A DNA stretch of 64,000 bases from Macrostomum lignano (Eukaryota), in contig NIVC01003714.1 of the NCBI GenBank assembly GCA_002269645.1, positions 17,063-81,062 on the forward strand, given 5' to 3'. This document shows, in pieces, positions 1-24,004 of this stretch (position 1 is the stretch's first letter; every line of letters starts with the position of its first letter). The notes below the pieces were generated by a model. It did no database searches, was not told the origin of the DNA, and was given only the letters and a program-made list of their open reading frames with translations. Made by a program: the position numbers and the translations under genes.

Positions 1-111
1 AGGGAAGGCTCCAAGGACTGGTACAGGGAAGGCTCCAAGGACTGGTACAGGGAAGGCTCCAAGGACTGGTACAGGGAAGGCTCCAGGACTGGCACAGGGA
101 AGGCTCCAGGA
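1..111. repeat. 24-bp minisatellite (AGGGAAGGCTCCAAGGACTGGTAC)n
   Basis: About 4.5 visible copies in an ARMC8 intron; truncated by the window edge. Confidence 0.9.
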
Positions 112-126
112 ATGGCAGTCGCTCAC

Positions 127-3100
127 CAGGCAGTCGCGCACACGCAGCAGGAGGGCTTCCCGAGGCAGCAGCGCCAGTCGGGCGGCCGCCCCTCCGTCAG
201 CGGCGTTGACCAGAGCGGCCAGGGCGGCGGGCCGCAGAACGGACTCGGCGGGCAGGCAGGGGTCCAGCGAGGACTCCAGCAGCGGCAGCAGCTGCGGCCG
301 CGCCAACAGCAGGCGGTCGGCTCGGTCAGCTCCGCCAGCCAGCAGGTTGCGCAGCGCCTCCAGCGCTTTGCAGCAGGCGGCGGCGTCTGCGGTGGCGTCA
401 CCAGTTGCGATGGTCGCCGAAGGCTCCAGTTGGGTGCGCGGCAGCTGCAGCTCGTCCAGCATGGCGGCCAGGAGCTGCGGCAGTCGGTCGGCCAGCAGCT
501 GCCAAGCGGCGCTGTCGCCGCAGTCGTAGGCGGCGTTGGCCAGCGCCCAGGCCAGGCTCAGGCGGAGACTTCGCTGCCGGGTCGGCGCGGGCAGGCAGCA
601 GTCGGCCAGGAGGTTGAGCAGCAGCGACAGGCAGGACTCGGTGAGCAGGCGGTGGCGGCAGGGCGAGTGCGGCAGCAGCAGATTGCCGGTCAGGGCCACG
701 GCCGTCTCAGCCGATGCCGCAGCTCCGTCCTCGGCGACGGACCCGGCGTACCGTTGAAGGCATTCAAGGGCGAAGTCGGCCAGGCCGGGGTCGGCAAACA
801 GCTGCAGGAGGCTGTCGGCACAGCGGGACAGCGCGTGCAGCAGCAGCAGCAGCGCCGAGCGGAGACTGTCAGGCGGTGGCGGCTGCTGACTCGCCGAATT
901 CGGTAAAGTCGCCGCCGACGCGGTGGCAGTTGAGGAGAGCGCGGAGACCAGCTGCAGCAGCTGGGAGCGGAGCGGCACGCCGGGCTGCCTGGGCCACACG
1001 GGCGACAGCAGGGCGGCCAGGCGGAGCAGGCGGGGCAGCAGCGGCCGGCAAGCGGCCTCCGCCGGCAGCCGCTCCAGAAGGCCGTCAAGCAGCAGGCAGT
1101 CGCAGTGGGCGATGGAGTCCAGCGGGACACAGCCGGTCTGCAGCAGGAGTTGCATTTTGTATGAGCAGGATGAATATGGCGAGTAGAATGAATAGCAGTA
1201 TGACTATTAGTAAGAGCAGAAAGTATGACAAGCAGTGCGAGTAGCAGCACGAGCAGTAGTATGAGAAGTAGTATAAGCCGCTTATAAGAGCATTAGTATG
1301 AGAAGTAGTATAAGCCGCTTATAAGAGCATTAGTATGAGAAGTAGTATAAGCCGCTTATAAGAGCAGTAGTATGAGAAAAAAGTATGAGCATTAGAATGA
1401 GCAGTAGTACGGGTAGTAGTATGAGCAGGCAGTAGTATGAGCAGTAGTATTATGAGCAGCATGCATGTCACGGTTAGGGGATTAGCTCATGAGAATGGGA
1501 TTAGCTCATGAAAATGGGATGAGCTCATGAGAATGGGATTAGTTAATGAGAATGGGATTAGCTCATGAGAACGGGATTAGCTCATGAGAATGGGATTATC
1601 AATAGCAGCATGCATGTCACGGTCAGGGGATTAGCTCGTGAGAATGGGATTATCAATAGCAGCATGCATGTCACGGTCAGGGGATTAGCTCATGAGAATG
1701 GGATTATCAATAGCAGCATGCGTGTTACGGTTAGGGGATTAGCTCATGAGAATGGGATTAGCTCATGAGAATGGGATTATCAATAGCAGCATGCATGTCA
1801 CGGTCAGGGGATTAGCTCATGAGAATGGGATTATCAATAGCAGCATGCGTGTCACGGTCAGGGGATTAGCTCATGAGAATGGGATTATCAATAGCAGCAT
1901 GCATGTCACGGTCAGGGGATTAGCTCATGAGAATGGGATTATCAATAGCAGCATGCATGTCACGGTCAGGGGATTAGCTCATGAGAATGGGATTATCAAT
2001 AGCAGCATGCGTGTCACGGTCAGGGGATTAGCTCATGAGAATGGGATTATCAATAGCAGCATGCATGTCACGGTCAGGGGATTAGCTCATGAGAATGGGA
2101 TTATCAATGGCAGCATGTGTGTCACGGTCAGGGGATTAGCTCATGAGAATGGGATTATCAATAGCAGCATGCAAACCCAGCTGGCTGACTCACCCAGAAG
2201 ACAATGGCCAGGGTGTCCAGGCTGAGGCAGCGCCAGGCCAGCGGCACGGCCTCCGAGCGGCTCTGCACGCGGCGCACCGCGTCCGGCAGCACGCGATGAA
2301 GCAGAGCGTCCTGCAGGCGACTTCCGGCAGCACCGACGGCGGCGCGATGTCCAGCGGCGAGGGCAAGGCACATGCCAGCGAGGCAGCGAATCCCCGTGGA
2401 GCTGCGGAAAGGAGTCGGGGACGTCATAACATTGTGAGTAGTATTGGGCAGTGACGTCACCTGGATTGGAAACAGTACTGAATGGCCTATCATCGGCAGA
2501 ACGTTATGCATAATCAAGATTTCAAATAGATGACGTCATTGCCAATAGTGATTGGATTCCACTGACAAATTTAAAGATAAAAATATTCAATAGACGGCTG
2601 CGGGCACACTGACGCAACGCATTCGGCCACAACCAGCGCTGAGCACGCACAAAGTGCGCCAATACTGTAAACAGGCACGCACACAGTGTGTACAGCAACC
2701 CTGAATTTCTTATTGCTGGGCATGTACGAATCCCCATGGCACGACCCCAGAAGTCAAACGCGTCTACCGCTGAGCTGTTCCGCTCCCAATGCAAATATGA
2801 ATGAAAAGCTGGAGCAGCCAGAAGATCTCTGTGCTCACAATCTGGGCTGCAGCAGCTGGATGACTGTGTCCAGCAGTCTGCAGTCGGCTGTCCCGCCAGT
2901 CTCTTCTTCCAGAAGCCGGCCGGCAGCGTCGGGCACCCGCCAGCACAGCATGGCCAGCAGGCGCAGGCAGCTCAGCAGGTGGCCGCCATCGTCACGCCGT
3001 CGACGGCCGAAGCTCCTCTGCGGACGCGCGGGTCCGGCCAGCAGCAGCGGCGCCAGCGAGTCCACGGCGCCGTGGGCGTACAGGTGGAAGGCGGCGGCCT

Positions 3101-3357
3101 TGTCGGTGGCGACTGCGGCCAGCAGGGACAGCAGGTGATCGTGCGGGCCCGGCAAGGGCAACAGGCTGAGCAGGAAGTTCAGCGAGCTCACCTGCGGGAC
3201 AGGGGGTGGCAGCAATGCAGCTGCTCGTGGGTGACGGTTGGTGTCTTAAAAGCAGACAGACAAACAGACAGACAAACATTAAGACAGAGACAGACAGACA
3301 AACAGACAGACAAACATTAAGACAGAGACAGACAGACAGACAGATCGACAGACAGAC

Positions 3358-3444
<87 letters not shown>

Positions 3445-3462
3445 GGCAGACAGACAGACAGG

Positions 3463-3493
<31 letters not shown>

Positions 3494-3494
3494 G

Positions 3495-3550
<56 letters not shown>

Positions 3551-4731
3551 AAGACAGACAGACAGACAGACAGACAGGCAGACAGACAGTACCTGAGTCA
3601 GGCACTCGGCCCCGGTGTCGGGCAGCTCAGCCAGCGCGGGCTCCCAGTAGGCCAGCTGCGGCTCAGGCGGGCCGGTCAGCAGCTGCTGGGCGCTGACCAG
3701 AGTTCGCAGGGTCCGCAGGGCCGCCTGGCACAGCCGGGGCCGCCGCAGCCTCGGCAGCTTCTGCTGCTGCTGCAGCCGCTGCTCCCACAGCTGAGTCTCG
3801 CGGGCTCCGGCCACGGCGGACTGCAGGGCGACGGCGGCAGCGCCGGCGGCCAGGGCCGCAGCCCGGGCGCGGCAGTCGGCCAGACAGAGGCTGTTCAGCA
3901 GCGCCAGCAGCTGCTCGCACAGCGCGGCAGAGAAATTTTCTGACTCCGCCTTGTTGGCCTCCGCCAGGGATGACAGCAGGCTGGGGGAGGGGAGGCGAAT
4001 ATCGGTCACGTGCCATTCCTGTCTGCCTGTGCCATTCCTGTGTCTCCCCGTGCCATTCCTGTGTCTCCCGTGCCATTCCTGTGTCTCCCCGTGCCATTCC
4101 TGTGTCTCCCGTGCCATTCCTGTGTCTCCCCGTGCCATTCCTGTGTCTCCCGTGCCATTCCTGTGTCTCCCCGTGCCCGGTGTCTCCCCGTGCCATTCCT
4201 GTGTCTCCCGTGCCATTCCTGTGTCTCCCGTGCCATTCCTGTGTCTCCCGTGCCATTCCTGTGTCTCCCGTGCCATTCCTGTGTCTCCCGTGCCATTCCT
4301 GTGTCTCCCCTGCCATTTCTGTGTCTCCCCGTGCCATTCCTGTGTCTCCCGTGCCATTCCTGTGTCTCCCGTGCCATTCCTGTGTCTCCCGTGCCATTCC
4401 TGTGTCTCCCGTGCCATTCCTGTGTCTCCCCTGCCATTCCTGTCTCCCGTGCCATTCTGGGGCTCCCTGTGCCATGCTCGGGCTCCCTGTGCCATTCTGG
4501 GGCTCCCTGTGCCATGCCGGGGCTCCCTGTGACATGCTGGGGGCCCCTGTGCCATCGCGAGAATTTCAGTAAAAAGCTTCCACAGCAACAGCAGCGGCTC
4601 ACTAGTCTAACAGACGAAAGTCATTTCTGGCCAGGGCCTCTCGCTTCCTGTCCTCGTAGCCGATGAGGTAGTTGGACAGCTCCCTGAAAGTGGAGAGGAA
4701 GATAGATAGATAGATAGACACTAAGACAGCC

Positions 4732-4784
<53 letters not shown>

Positions 4785-4821
4785 GGCAGACAGACAGACA
4801 GACAGACAGAGACAGGCAGAC

Positions 4822-4884
<63 letters not shown>

Positions 4885-4989
4885 CACAGACAGACAGACA
4901 GGCAGACAGCAGTCTCACCTGAGCGCCCTCAGGCGGTCCTCAGCAGACAGCTGGGGCCGCTCCAGACGAGCCACAATTGGATCCAGCAT
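127..4989 (-). CDS. ARMC8: Armadillo-repeat protein 8-like (Gid5/Vid28, GID/CTLH complex); multi-exon, 3' end beyond left edge
   Basis: Hand-spliced exons 4919-4989 (ATG), 4603-4683, 3593-3980, 2839-3191, 2194-2401 and 127-1137 all have GT-AG ends and consistent phases; the 1011-nt exon was checked open codon by codon. Peptides ELSNYLIGYEDRKREALARNDFRLL, LSLAWALANAAY and ALEALRNLLAG resemble human ARMC8 [36 protein letters not shown] and LALLRNLLS (from memory). Confidence 0.8.
1190..2172. repeat. Compound minisatellite: AGCAGTAGTATG-type and 37-bp units, then a 54-bp unit array
   Basis: Directly visible periodicity; the 54-bp unit gives the artefactual AHENGIINSSMHVTVRGL repeat ORFs. Confidence 0.9.
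3253..3590. repeat. (GACA)n microsatellite
   Basis: Visible; ends at the ARMC8 donor site. Confidence 0.95.
4010..4555. repeat. 20/21-bp minisatellite (GTGCCATTCCTGTGTCTCCC)n
   Basis: Visible tandem units, degenerating toward the right. Confidence 0.95.
4700..4909. repeat. (GATA)n/(GACA)n microsatellite
   Basis: Visible; fills ARMC8 intron 1. Confidence 0.95.
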
Positions 4990-5385
4990 TTCCAACCGCT
5001 GCCGCCTCCGCTGATGCTTTGGCTACTGAGGCTGATAGCAGGAGGCATGAAGATGAATGTGAGCTTTACCTGGTATCTGACTGGAGTGGATTAAATCAGC
5101 TAGCTAAAATAAACCCTAAATCATTTTTGCTGCATTGCCTTGAACTCTAAGTTCGCAGGCCTATAAACTAAATAATGAAAGACAACAAAAGTTGCAAAAG
5201 CAGCAAAGACCAGAAGACGCGTTCATATAAAAACCGTGGGCACACAAAGCTGCCGCAGAAATTTTACTTGAGACTCGCTCAGCCAAAAAACGACTGAGAT
5301 GACGCCAGTGACTGCACCTGAGATTCAGGATACTAAAAAACCTGAAGAAAAAGTTTGAATTGCTGAGCACAGAAGCAAATTGTGA

Positions 5386-6950
5386 TTAGATTTTCCTGAA
5401 TATGAATCTGCAATGTCTGCAACATCTTTTCTTCCGGCCGCGCGCCAGCAGCAACAGCAGAAGAAGCAGCACGGGCGGCAGCAGCAGCGCCAAAGAAGGA
5501 TGCGCGCCGGAGGCCCGAATCGATGCAGGCGACCGCTGAAGCCGCTCTGCAAGGACGCGCCGACCCTGCAGCGACATCAGCAAGTAGGAGGAGGCGGCGC
5601 TGGCGGCCACCCCGGTGAGATGCAGCTCGCAGACTCCGCCAGCCACGCTGCCGACTACCAGCGGCCTCCGGGACGGCGGCGTTGGAAGCGACTGGCGGCC
5701 GAAGCAGCCGAGGCGCGGGTGCTGAGCCGTCAGAAGGGCCGCCAGCAGACGCGAGTCCAAGACAAAATCCAGGAATCCGATTCTGCCGCAGGCGAACACT
5801 GTGAGTGGGTGAGAGGGAGAGGGTGAGAGGGAGATGGGTGAGAGGGAGAGGGTGAGAGTGGGAGAGGCGGTGAGGGAAAGCGGTGAGAGTGGGAGAGAGA
5901 GACCGGGGGTGAGAATGAGAGGGTGAGAGTAGGGGGTGAGAGGGAGAGAGGTGAGAGTGGGAGAGGGGATAAGAGGGAGATGGGTGAGAGGGAGATGGGT
6001 GAGAGGGAGAGGTGAGTGAGGAGGGGGTGAGAGGGAAAGTGAGAGGGGATGAGAGTGGGAGAGGGGGTGAGAGGGAGAGGTGAGTGGGGAGGTGGTGGGA
6101 GGGAAAGTGAGAGGGGATGAGAGTGGGAGAGGGGGTGAGAGGGAGATGTGAGTGGGGAGGTGGTGGGAGGGAAAGTGAGGGGGTGGGCGAGTGCGAGAGG
6201 GGATGAGAGTGAGAGAGGGGGTAAGAGGGAGTTGAGCACGCCCCCTTACACAAATCCCTCAAGTTCCGCAGCAAGGCGGCAAAACTTTGGACTGGGGCAG
6301 GCGATGCTGAGCTGACAACTCATAGGGGCCGAACATGCGATTCGCGACCAAGAGGGCCTGCAGCCCCCAGGGCACGGAGAGTGCAAGGCGGGCATGCAAG
6401 CAGACGCCGGAGCAACTGCGGCAACTCACTCACCCTGCTCCAGGGCCAGGTCGAACATCAGCGGGCGGCTTCGCCGGCGAACCTTCGAACTTCGGCGACC
6501 GGTAAGTCGACTGGCTCGCCAGGGCGCCAGGAGGTCCAGCAGGAGCTGCCGGTGCTCCAGCAGGGCGCGGCCGCACAGCTGGGCCATCCGGCGACGCAGG
6601 CCGAGTGAAGGCGGAGCGCAGCCGGACTGAGGGGTGCGTGCGGTGTTGCTGTGGGATGCGCACTGAGAGCGCAGGATTCTGCGGCCCACCGCAGGGCTAC
6701 TGGCTAAGTTAATTAACAAGTTCCCAGCGGATTACTCGTTATGTTTATCAGTTGGCTTAGCAGGAAAAACAAGACTGGATTAGACAGACAACACGGGATG
6801 CTTCCCAGAAAATCCGACTGCTCTTTGCTTACAGATAATACCGCTAACGCCTTAACTGGCCTATCAACTGGGATTTCCTTAGACTAAACTACTAATAGTA
6901 GCGTAAAAGAAAATCTGCGTTACCAAAATGATGCTCCTAAATTATGCCCC

Positions 6951-7022
<72 letters not shown>

Positions 7023-7043
7023 CAGATAGATAGATAGATAGAC

Positions 7044-7078
<35 letters not shown>

Positions 7079-7099
7079 CAGATAGATAGATAGATAGAC

Positions 7100-7154
<55 letters not shown>

Positions 7155-9652
7155 CAGATCAAGCAGTTCCCCATCAGTATGAAACAAGGTGCCATAGCAA
7201 CTCTCACGGCTTCAATAAAAGTCGCATAGAGTATCTGGTGCGTGAGGTGGTAGCCCCGAGCTCCATCTCCGTGCAGCATCAGCCTGAGGCAGCTGGAGTC
7301 GAACCGGCACCGGTCTTTGTTCCTGTGCACATCGAGCAGGCACTGGTCGCTGCGGGACTCTGTGAATTCCTCTGCAAATGGCGCACAGGTGGCACAGTGT
7401 ATTGGCATGAGGGATCTGCCAATACTGTACACAGACACGCACTCAGGATGTACACTTTCTGTGCATTGAGGGGTTGGCCGTAAAAGTTTGAATTGTACAA
7501 CACACATTGGAATTCCAGTAGTAACCAGTAGTAAACAATGAAGTTTTTAAACATTTTTAAGTGTAAATAGACATTAAAAATTTACCTTTCAGTTTGGCTT
7601 CATCAACTGCTCCTTCTGAATTCCAGTTTCCAGTGTTATGCTCAGCAGTGAGCAGTTCGTATTGAACTTTTGGCCTCCAACTGCTAGACAGAAGAAATCC
7701 CATGTTAGCAAAGTACACCTCATCCGATTGCTGCACCCTTGGCAAGGACTGATTGACAGTGCGACGTGAGACAAGCTGCAGTTGGAGTAGCACCTGCCGC
7801 ATCTGGTCTGGCAAGGTGGGCTCTGTGGCTAGCAGGTGTTCCAGTGCACCTAAAAGATTGAATTTTTACAAGTAATAGTACTTTGGCAGCAAGACGTTTT
7901 GGCAAAAATTTTGGGGCAAATCAAGTTTTGGTGAAAAGCATACAATATGAATGTATGAATAAAATTGGATTTGACAAACAATTTATATTTGTATATCATT
8001 CATTACAAAAGTAAGATTAACTATAAATAGTGTCACAAAGATACTATATTAGTAAAATGAAAATAAAAGTCAGTTATGCACTTCATTAAAACATTTAAAA
8101 TATCTTATTGATTTTAATTTCAAAAGAAAAAAGTCATTAAAAGAAAATAAAATAAAACAATCAGTCCATTTTAGTAAGTTATTAACTCACTATGAAATTA
8201 TAGATGGACATTTCAGGACATTTAGCCAACTACAGGAGTCAAGTTAGCGGCAAAGCTAACTTGCTTCCTTGATAGTATTGCTTCCACAGCTTCCAGAATT
8301 TGCCTCATCTTTGAAGCTGGTCTTTTTGCTATTTTGTTACTTTGTTAAATTGATGTATTTGGAGATTTACCAAAATAACCTAATATTATTGCTGAGATAT
8401 CACCAAAGTGTCCATTGCCAATGTCTTGTTGGTAAAGTGACTAGTAGCCAATTTTACTTGCTTTTATCAAACAATTATAAGAATACATTAAATCAAGAAT
8501 TAAAAAAGTTATTAAAAGCAAAAGTTAATTCAGATAGTTAATTATAATAAATCAAATCTAAATGATACATCTATTGCAACTTACAAAGGTTGGCAAACTC
8601 TAGCCCATATATCACATGTGGCCTACAAAGCCTCTTTTTGGCCCTGAAGTCCTTTGGAACTTTATAATAGCAATCTGGCCTACTTAGGCTTTGTCTTTTA
8701 TGAGTATCTTTTCTGTTCTCTATTCTCTCTACCCTCTCATTTATTTTCTGTCTTTTCCTTTCCTCTCCTAGCTCTCTTTTCTCTTCTTTTTTCTTTTCTA
8801 ACCTTTCTCCTCTCCTTACTCTTTCCTTCTCATCTTACTTCTCTCTCTATTCCTCTTTTTTCTTCCCACTCTTCTCCCTACTCCTTTCCCTTTTTTTCTA
8901 TATTCCTCTTCCCACTATTCTCCCTATTCATTTTTTCTTTCATATTTTTTATCTTTTCCCTTTTCTTTTATATATATCATTTTTATCTCTGATCTTGTTT
9001 CTTATTTTTATCTTTATTCTCATTACTTTTATCTTTTTCTTTTGTCATTATTCCCTTTCTTTCAAGTTTTACCTAACCTATAATAATGATTGAGATTATT
9101 AATCTGGCCTAGCCGCCTATATGATAAAAAATTTGTGAATATCTAATTTGGCAATAATATAACTATTCTAAAATTAAATTATAACTATAAAGAACTAAAA
9201 GTAAAATATTTTATTAGGCCTAATTAATTAATTTTTAATTTTTTTTAGCTTTTATATATAATCTATAATATAAATTTGGATTTTGGATATTGATAATATT
9301 ATTTTTATTTTTATAATTTATAGGCTATATCCTAAACTTATATCTAAAAATTAAATATTTTAAATCAAGTATAAAGTATCATAACAAGCATAGAGATAAA
9401 TGATTTAATCCTTAGGCCTATATAAGTTTTTGCCAGTTTTAGTACTTGAGGCAACATTTTAATATTTTGATAAAAATGATAAAATAAAATTTCAATAAAG
9501 AAAATTATTAGGCCAAAGTGTAGGTGGTAAAATATAATATTTGGTTTTCTCTTACCTTCAATAGCACAAAGACCAAAAAGCCCATCAATGCTAAGTGGGT
9601 CTTGATTTTTTATGAAAAAATCTAATATTTTTATAATTAAAGGTAGTAAATA
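5386..9652 (-). CDS. C16orf89: UPF0764/C16orf89-like (DUF4735) protein; 5' end unresolved
   Basis: Exons ~9556-9652, 7586-7849, 7208-7371, 6434-6626 and 5386-5798 (TAA) join in phase. Motifs [38 protein letters not shown] and [19 protein letters not shown]...QHPRLGCFG match the C16orf89 pattern (INLDGMVG, FSEERSDVCL, GYCLSHQLLF, DIFMENIMFCGMGGFSDF...QEGCFG). The signal-peptide exon was not located. Confidence 0.8.
5805..6235. repeat. GA/GT-rich purine low-complexity tract
   Basis: GGGAGAGGGTGAGA-type degenerate units. Confidence 0.85.
6952..7158. repeat. (GATA)n microsatellite with GACA interruptions
   Basis: Visible. Confidence 0.95.
8715..9065. repeat. CT-rich pyrimidine low-complexity tract
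   Basis: Visible T/C-rich degenerate run. Confidence 0.75.
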
Positions 9653-12524
9653 CTCAAAAGAAAAATAAAATGCCATTGCTATTCAATTCAGAGTATCATT
9701 TATTGCAGACTACCAGCTGAATAGAGATAAAATAGTTTTTGAAAGTGTTAGAATTAGAGGTTTTAGTCACTGAACAACTTGATTAATGATAGTGTTAAAG
9801 TTAAATAACCTTAAAGTTCTCAGTTAAATAAACAAATTTGATATCGAATGTCAATAACAATAGTGATTATGAACACGAATATCTGCATTGTAAGAAATCA
9901 CTAGCCCTAGCACCTAAGAATGAATCTAATTACTTATGACACTAAGAACTCAATGAAATGAAATGATTGTTGTGAAAAGTATAGTTTTTGCATTTTTCGA
10001 TGTAAATAATATGTATAGAGAATTCATAAACTCAATTGTCATGGTCATGAGATAAGTGTGAATTATTTTACATATTGAGTCTTGAAGCAAGTGACAGTCT
10101 GCCTGCAGCGCCTGCTCGCCTGTGTGGCCCTAGCTGCTAAGTGCTAGACCTGGATTTATACCTGCTTTTTCTTTGAATTTTATAAAAATTAAAATATTCT
10201 AGATAGGAAATATTTGTGCCAATTTAAAAAAGCTTTAACTCAATAAAATAAACAAAAAAATTAACTTTTTTTTGGTGCCTTTTTGTTTTACATAAAATAT
10301 ACATAGAACGACGCATTTGTTATTATTGAAACGAAAATGTCCGTTTATACTGACGTAGATACAGCTAGATATAACAAATCAGAAGGCTTTATAAGCTACA
10401 TGCATACGCCCTCACGAGAAGACGAATATCTATTGGTATGAATTATGCATGCTGCAGTTAAAAGAAAAAATGAGTTCAAAGAAATTTATTAGACTTTCAT
10501 GTGGAACCAAACGGGAGGCCAGTGTGCACTGTCACAATTACAATGTAATAGCGCGCCTGCGAATTTTTGACACTCTCGCACAATCGTGTGTACTTGCGGT
10601 AGCACGTAGAATCTGGAATGGTGAAAGCGCAACAAAAATGGCAAACGTTGGCATACCCTTGAAGCACTAGCTTTGACGTCCGACAAACGTATCCGCCAAC
10701 GATCGAGAACGTCGGTGTAATTAAGTGTAGGTAAAAGTAACACCCATTTCCCGCAATTTTTGAAGACGTCGGAAACATCGTCAACGTCTGAATGCTGCAC
10801 AGTATAAGCGCGCATGCACCGGCTTTGTCAATTTTTGGCACAAGCGTGCAGGTAAATAATTACACCGAAGTCAAAGTTAACAGTGTTTAGTACCAAATAA
10901 AGTAATTCGACCATTCGATTCCCGGCAGGTGAAGCACCTTTTACTGCCGAAGTAGGACACGTCTCTTCGACTATAATTTTAATTCGACCATTTCCGATAG
11001 CCAACAGCTAGAGCTGACCTGCGCCTCTCACGCACTCCGAACAGCTTGCCATAAAACTTGGCAAATTTTGCGTGATTACGCGGCTTGTACTTCAGTTTTC
11101 GTCGCTTTGTACACCACTCATGGGATTTAATGGTTCATTTGATGGCTATTTCATCAAGCCCTGAGTGGTTCTGATCTAAGGTTGACTCTGGATGCTGTGC
11201 TCGAACCAATCTTGCCCTCATTTCCGCCAATGCGCGCTTATGGCAGACTGTTAAGAGTGCGTGCGCTCTTTTGACAGCCCCTCATAACCAAGCCAGTACG
11301 TCTCCATGCGGTGCAATAGTCACTCATTCAAATTAATAAGGGCTTGACTTTCTGTTTCCCTCTTTTGAAGCACGTCTTAAAAAGCAGCGCGCTGCGAGCG
11401 TATAACTGCAGCATACAAACAGAGCTCGATCTTTTCAACTCAATAAATCATCCGTTTTCGGGACCGAGAGAGGTCGCAGAGGAGACAAACCAGCAGCAGA
11501 CTCCCCAGAGGTCTAAAACCTGTCCCTCTCCATCTCTGCGTGCATGCGGGGAGCTTTTCCATGTCCGCTCCACTGTCTGACACCGGCAGGCAGGCTGACA
11601 AACCGTCAACCATTTGAAGCAACGCCCGGCCAGAAATTGGTCGCTGCATGTCGGCTTTATTGCTGGCTGGGGGAGAGGGGAGATGGGGAAGCCTGTGCCG
11701 GGGGATCATTGTTGCCTCACTGTACAACACCGCATCCAAAAAAATTGGCTGATTGGCCATGCTGGACTGGGGGATTTTTCTTCGCGGGAGTGCATGCGGC
11801 CGGTTCAACCCTCTCCGCTTGATGGGGCTGGCTGTACGGCGACTTGGGAGGCTGTGAAGCTGGGCTTGGGGGAGAGCGGGAGACAGGGGAGAGATGGATG
11901 GAAGGGCGAGTATGCGGCGGGGCTCGCCTAGAAAGAGGCGCAGCAGTGTACGCCAGCGGCGACTGCCTCCCGCGATTCTCAAAGCTGCCCGCCAGGCCGT
12001 CTCACCGCGGCCCGTCCTTGCTCTCCAGTGCACTCTGCAGGGCCAGCAGTGCGCGCGGGCAGCAGTCTGCATGCAAGTGCCTGCTCCCCCCCCTAAAGCT
12101 CGGCTGCCACCCCAGTTTCTCTGCCCCGCCCTGCTCGAATGCCAAAACATAGCAGTCGAGAGCGGCACCCAGTCAGACTGAAGCGGAACCAGTCGCAGGC
12201 AGCTGAACTCTGCATCGCTCGCTGATATCGGAGAGGCAACTGGAGAAGGCCGATTTTCTAATAGCATTACAGTAGAAATAAACGGAGTCTATTAACTAGT
12301 AAGTTGATTGTTGTAATCGCTTGTTAGCGATATTTTTATATTCGAGTTGAGGGCTCGAACACCAGTACATAGAGCACGTCAGCTAGATAGTAGGGTCCAT
12401 TGCACTGTTCTGACGTGGCTCAAGACACGAGTCTCAGGATTATAAAATCACTCAGGACAAGCTTCTCTAGGGGCCATAGTAGAGTTCTTTTAAAGGCCTA
12501 AGACACAAATCTAAGGGTGATGGC

Positions 12525-12655
12525 AAGGCTCAATTGACAAGAATCTCAGGGTGCTGACAAGGCTCAACTGACAAGAATCTCAGGGTGCTGACAAGGCTCA
12601 ATTGACCAAGAATCTCAGGGTGCTGACAAGGCTCAACTGACTAAGAATCTCAGAA
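12525..12655. repeat. ~34-bp tandem repeat (GACAAGGCTCAACTGACAAGAATCTCAGGGTGCT)
   Basis: About 4 visible copies. Confidence 0.85.
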
Positions 12656-12702
12656 CTCTCTAAAACATCTCTAAAGAGTAACCTCATGGAGTAGAGTCTC
12701 AG

Positions 12703-24004
<11,302 letters not shown>

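Noticed and set aside
112-906. 264-aa + strand ORF and other + ORFs over ARMC8, C16orf89 and neprilysin exons
   Set aside because: Antisense shadows of GC-rich coding exons; homology and splice signals favour the - strand.
10489-10841. - strand ORFs (108 and 114 aa) as the missing first exon of C16orf89 or a separate gene
   Set aside because: No recognisable motif, convincing signal peptide or confirmed in-phase splice; left unassigned.
11440-12267. 275-aa - strand ORF in a GC-rich block
   Set aside because: No domain or codon-bias support; more likely a promoter/5' region or repeat remnant.
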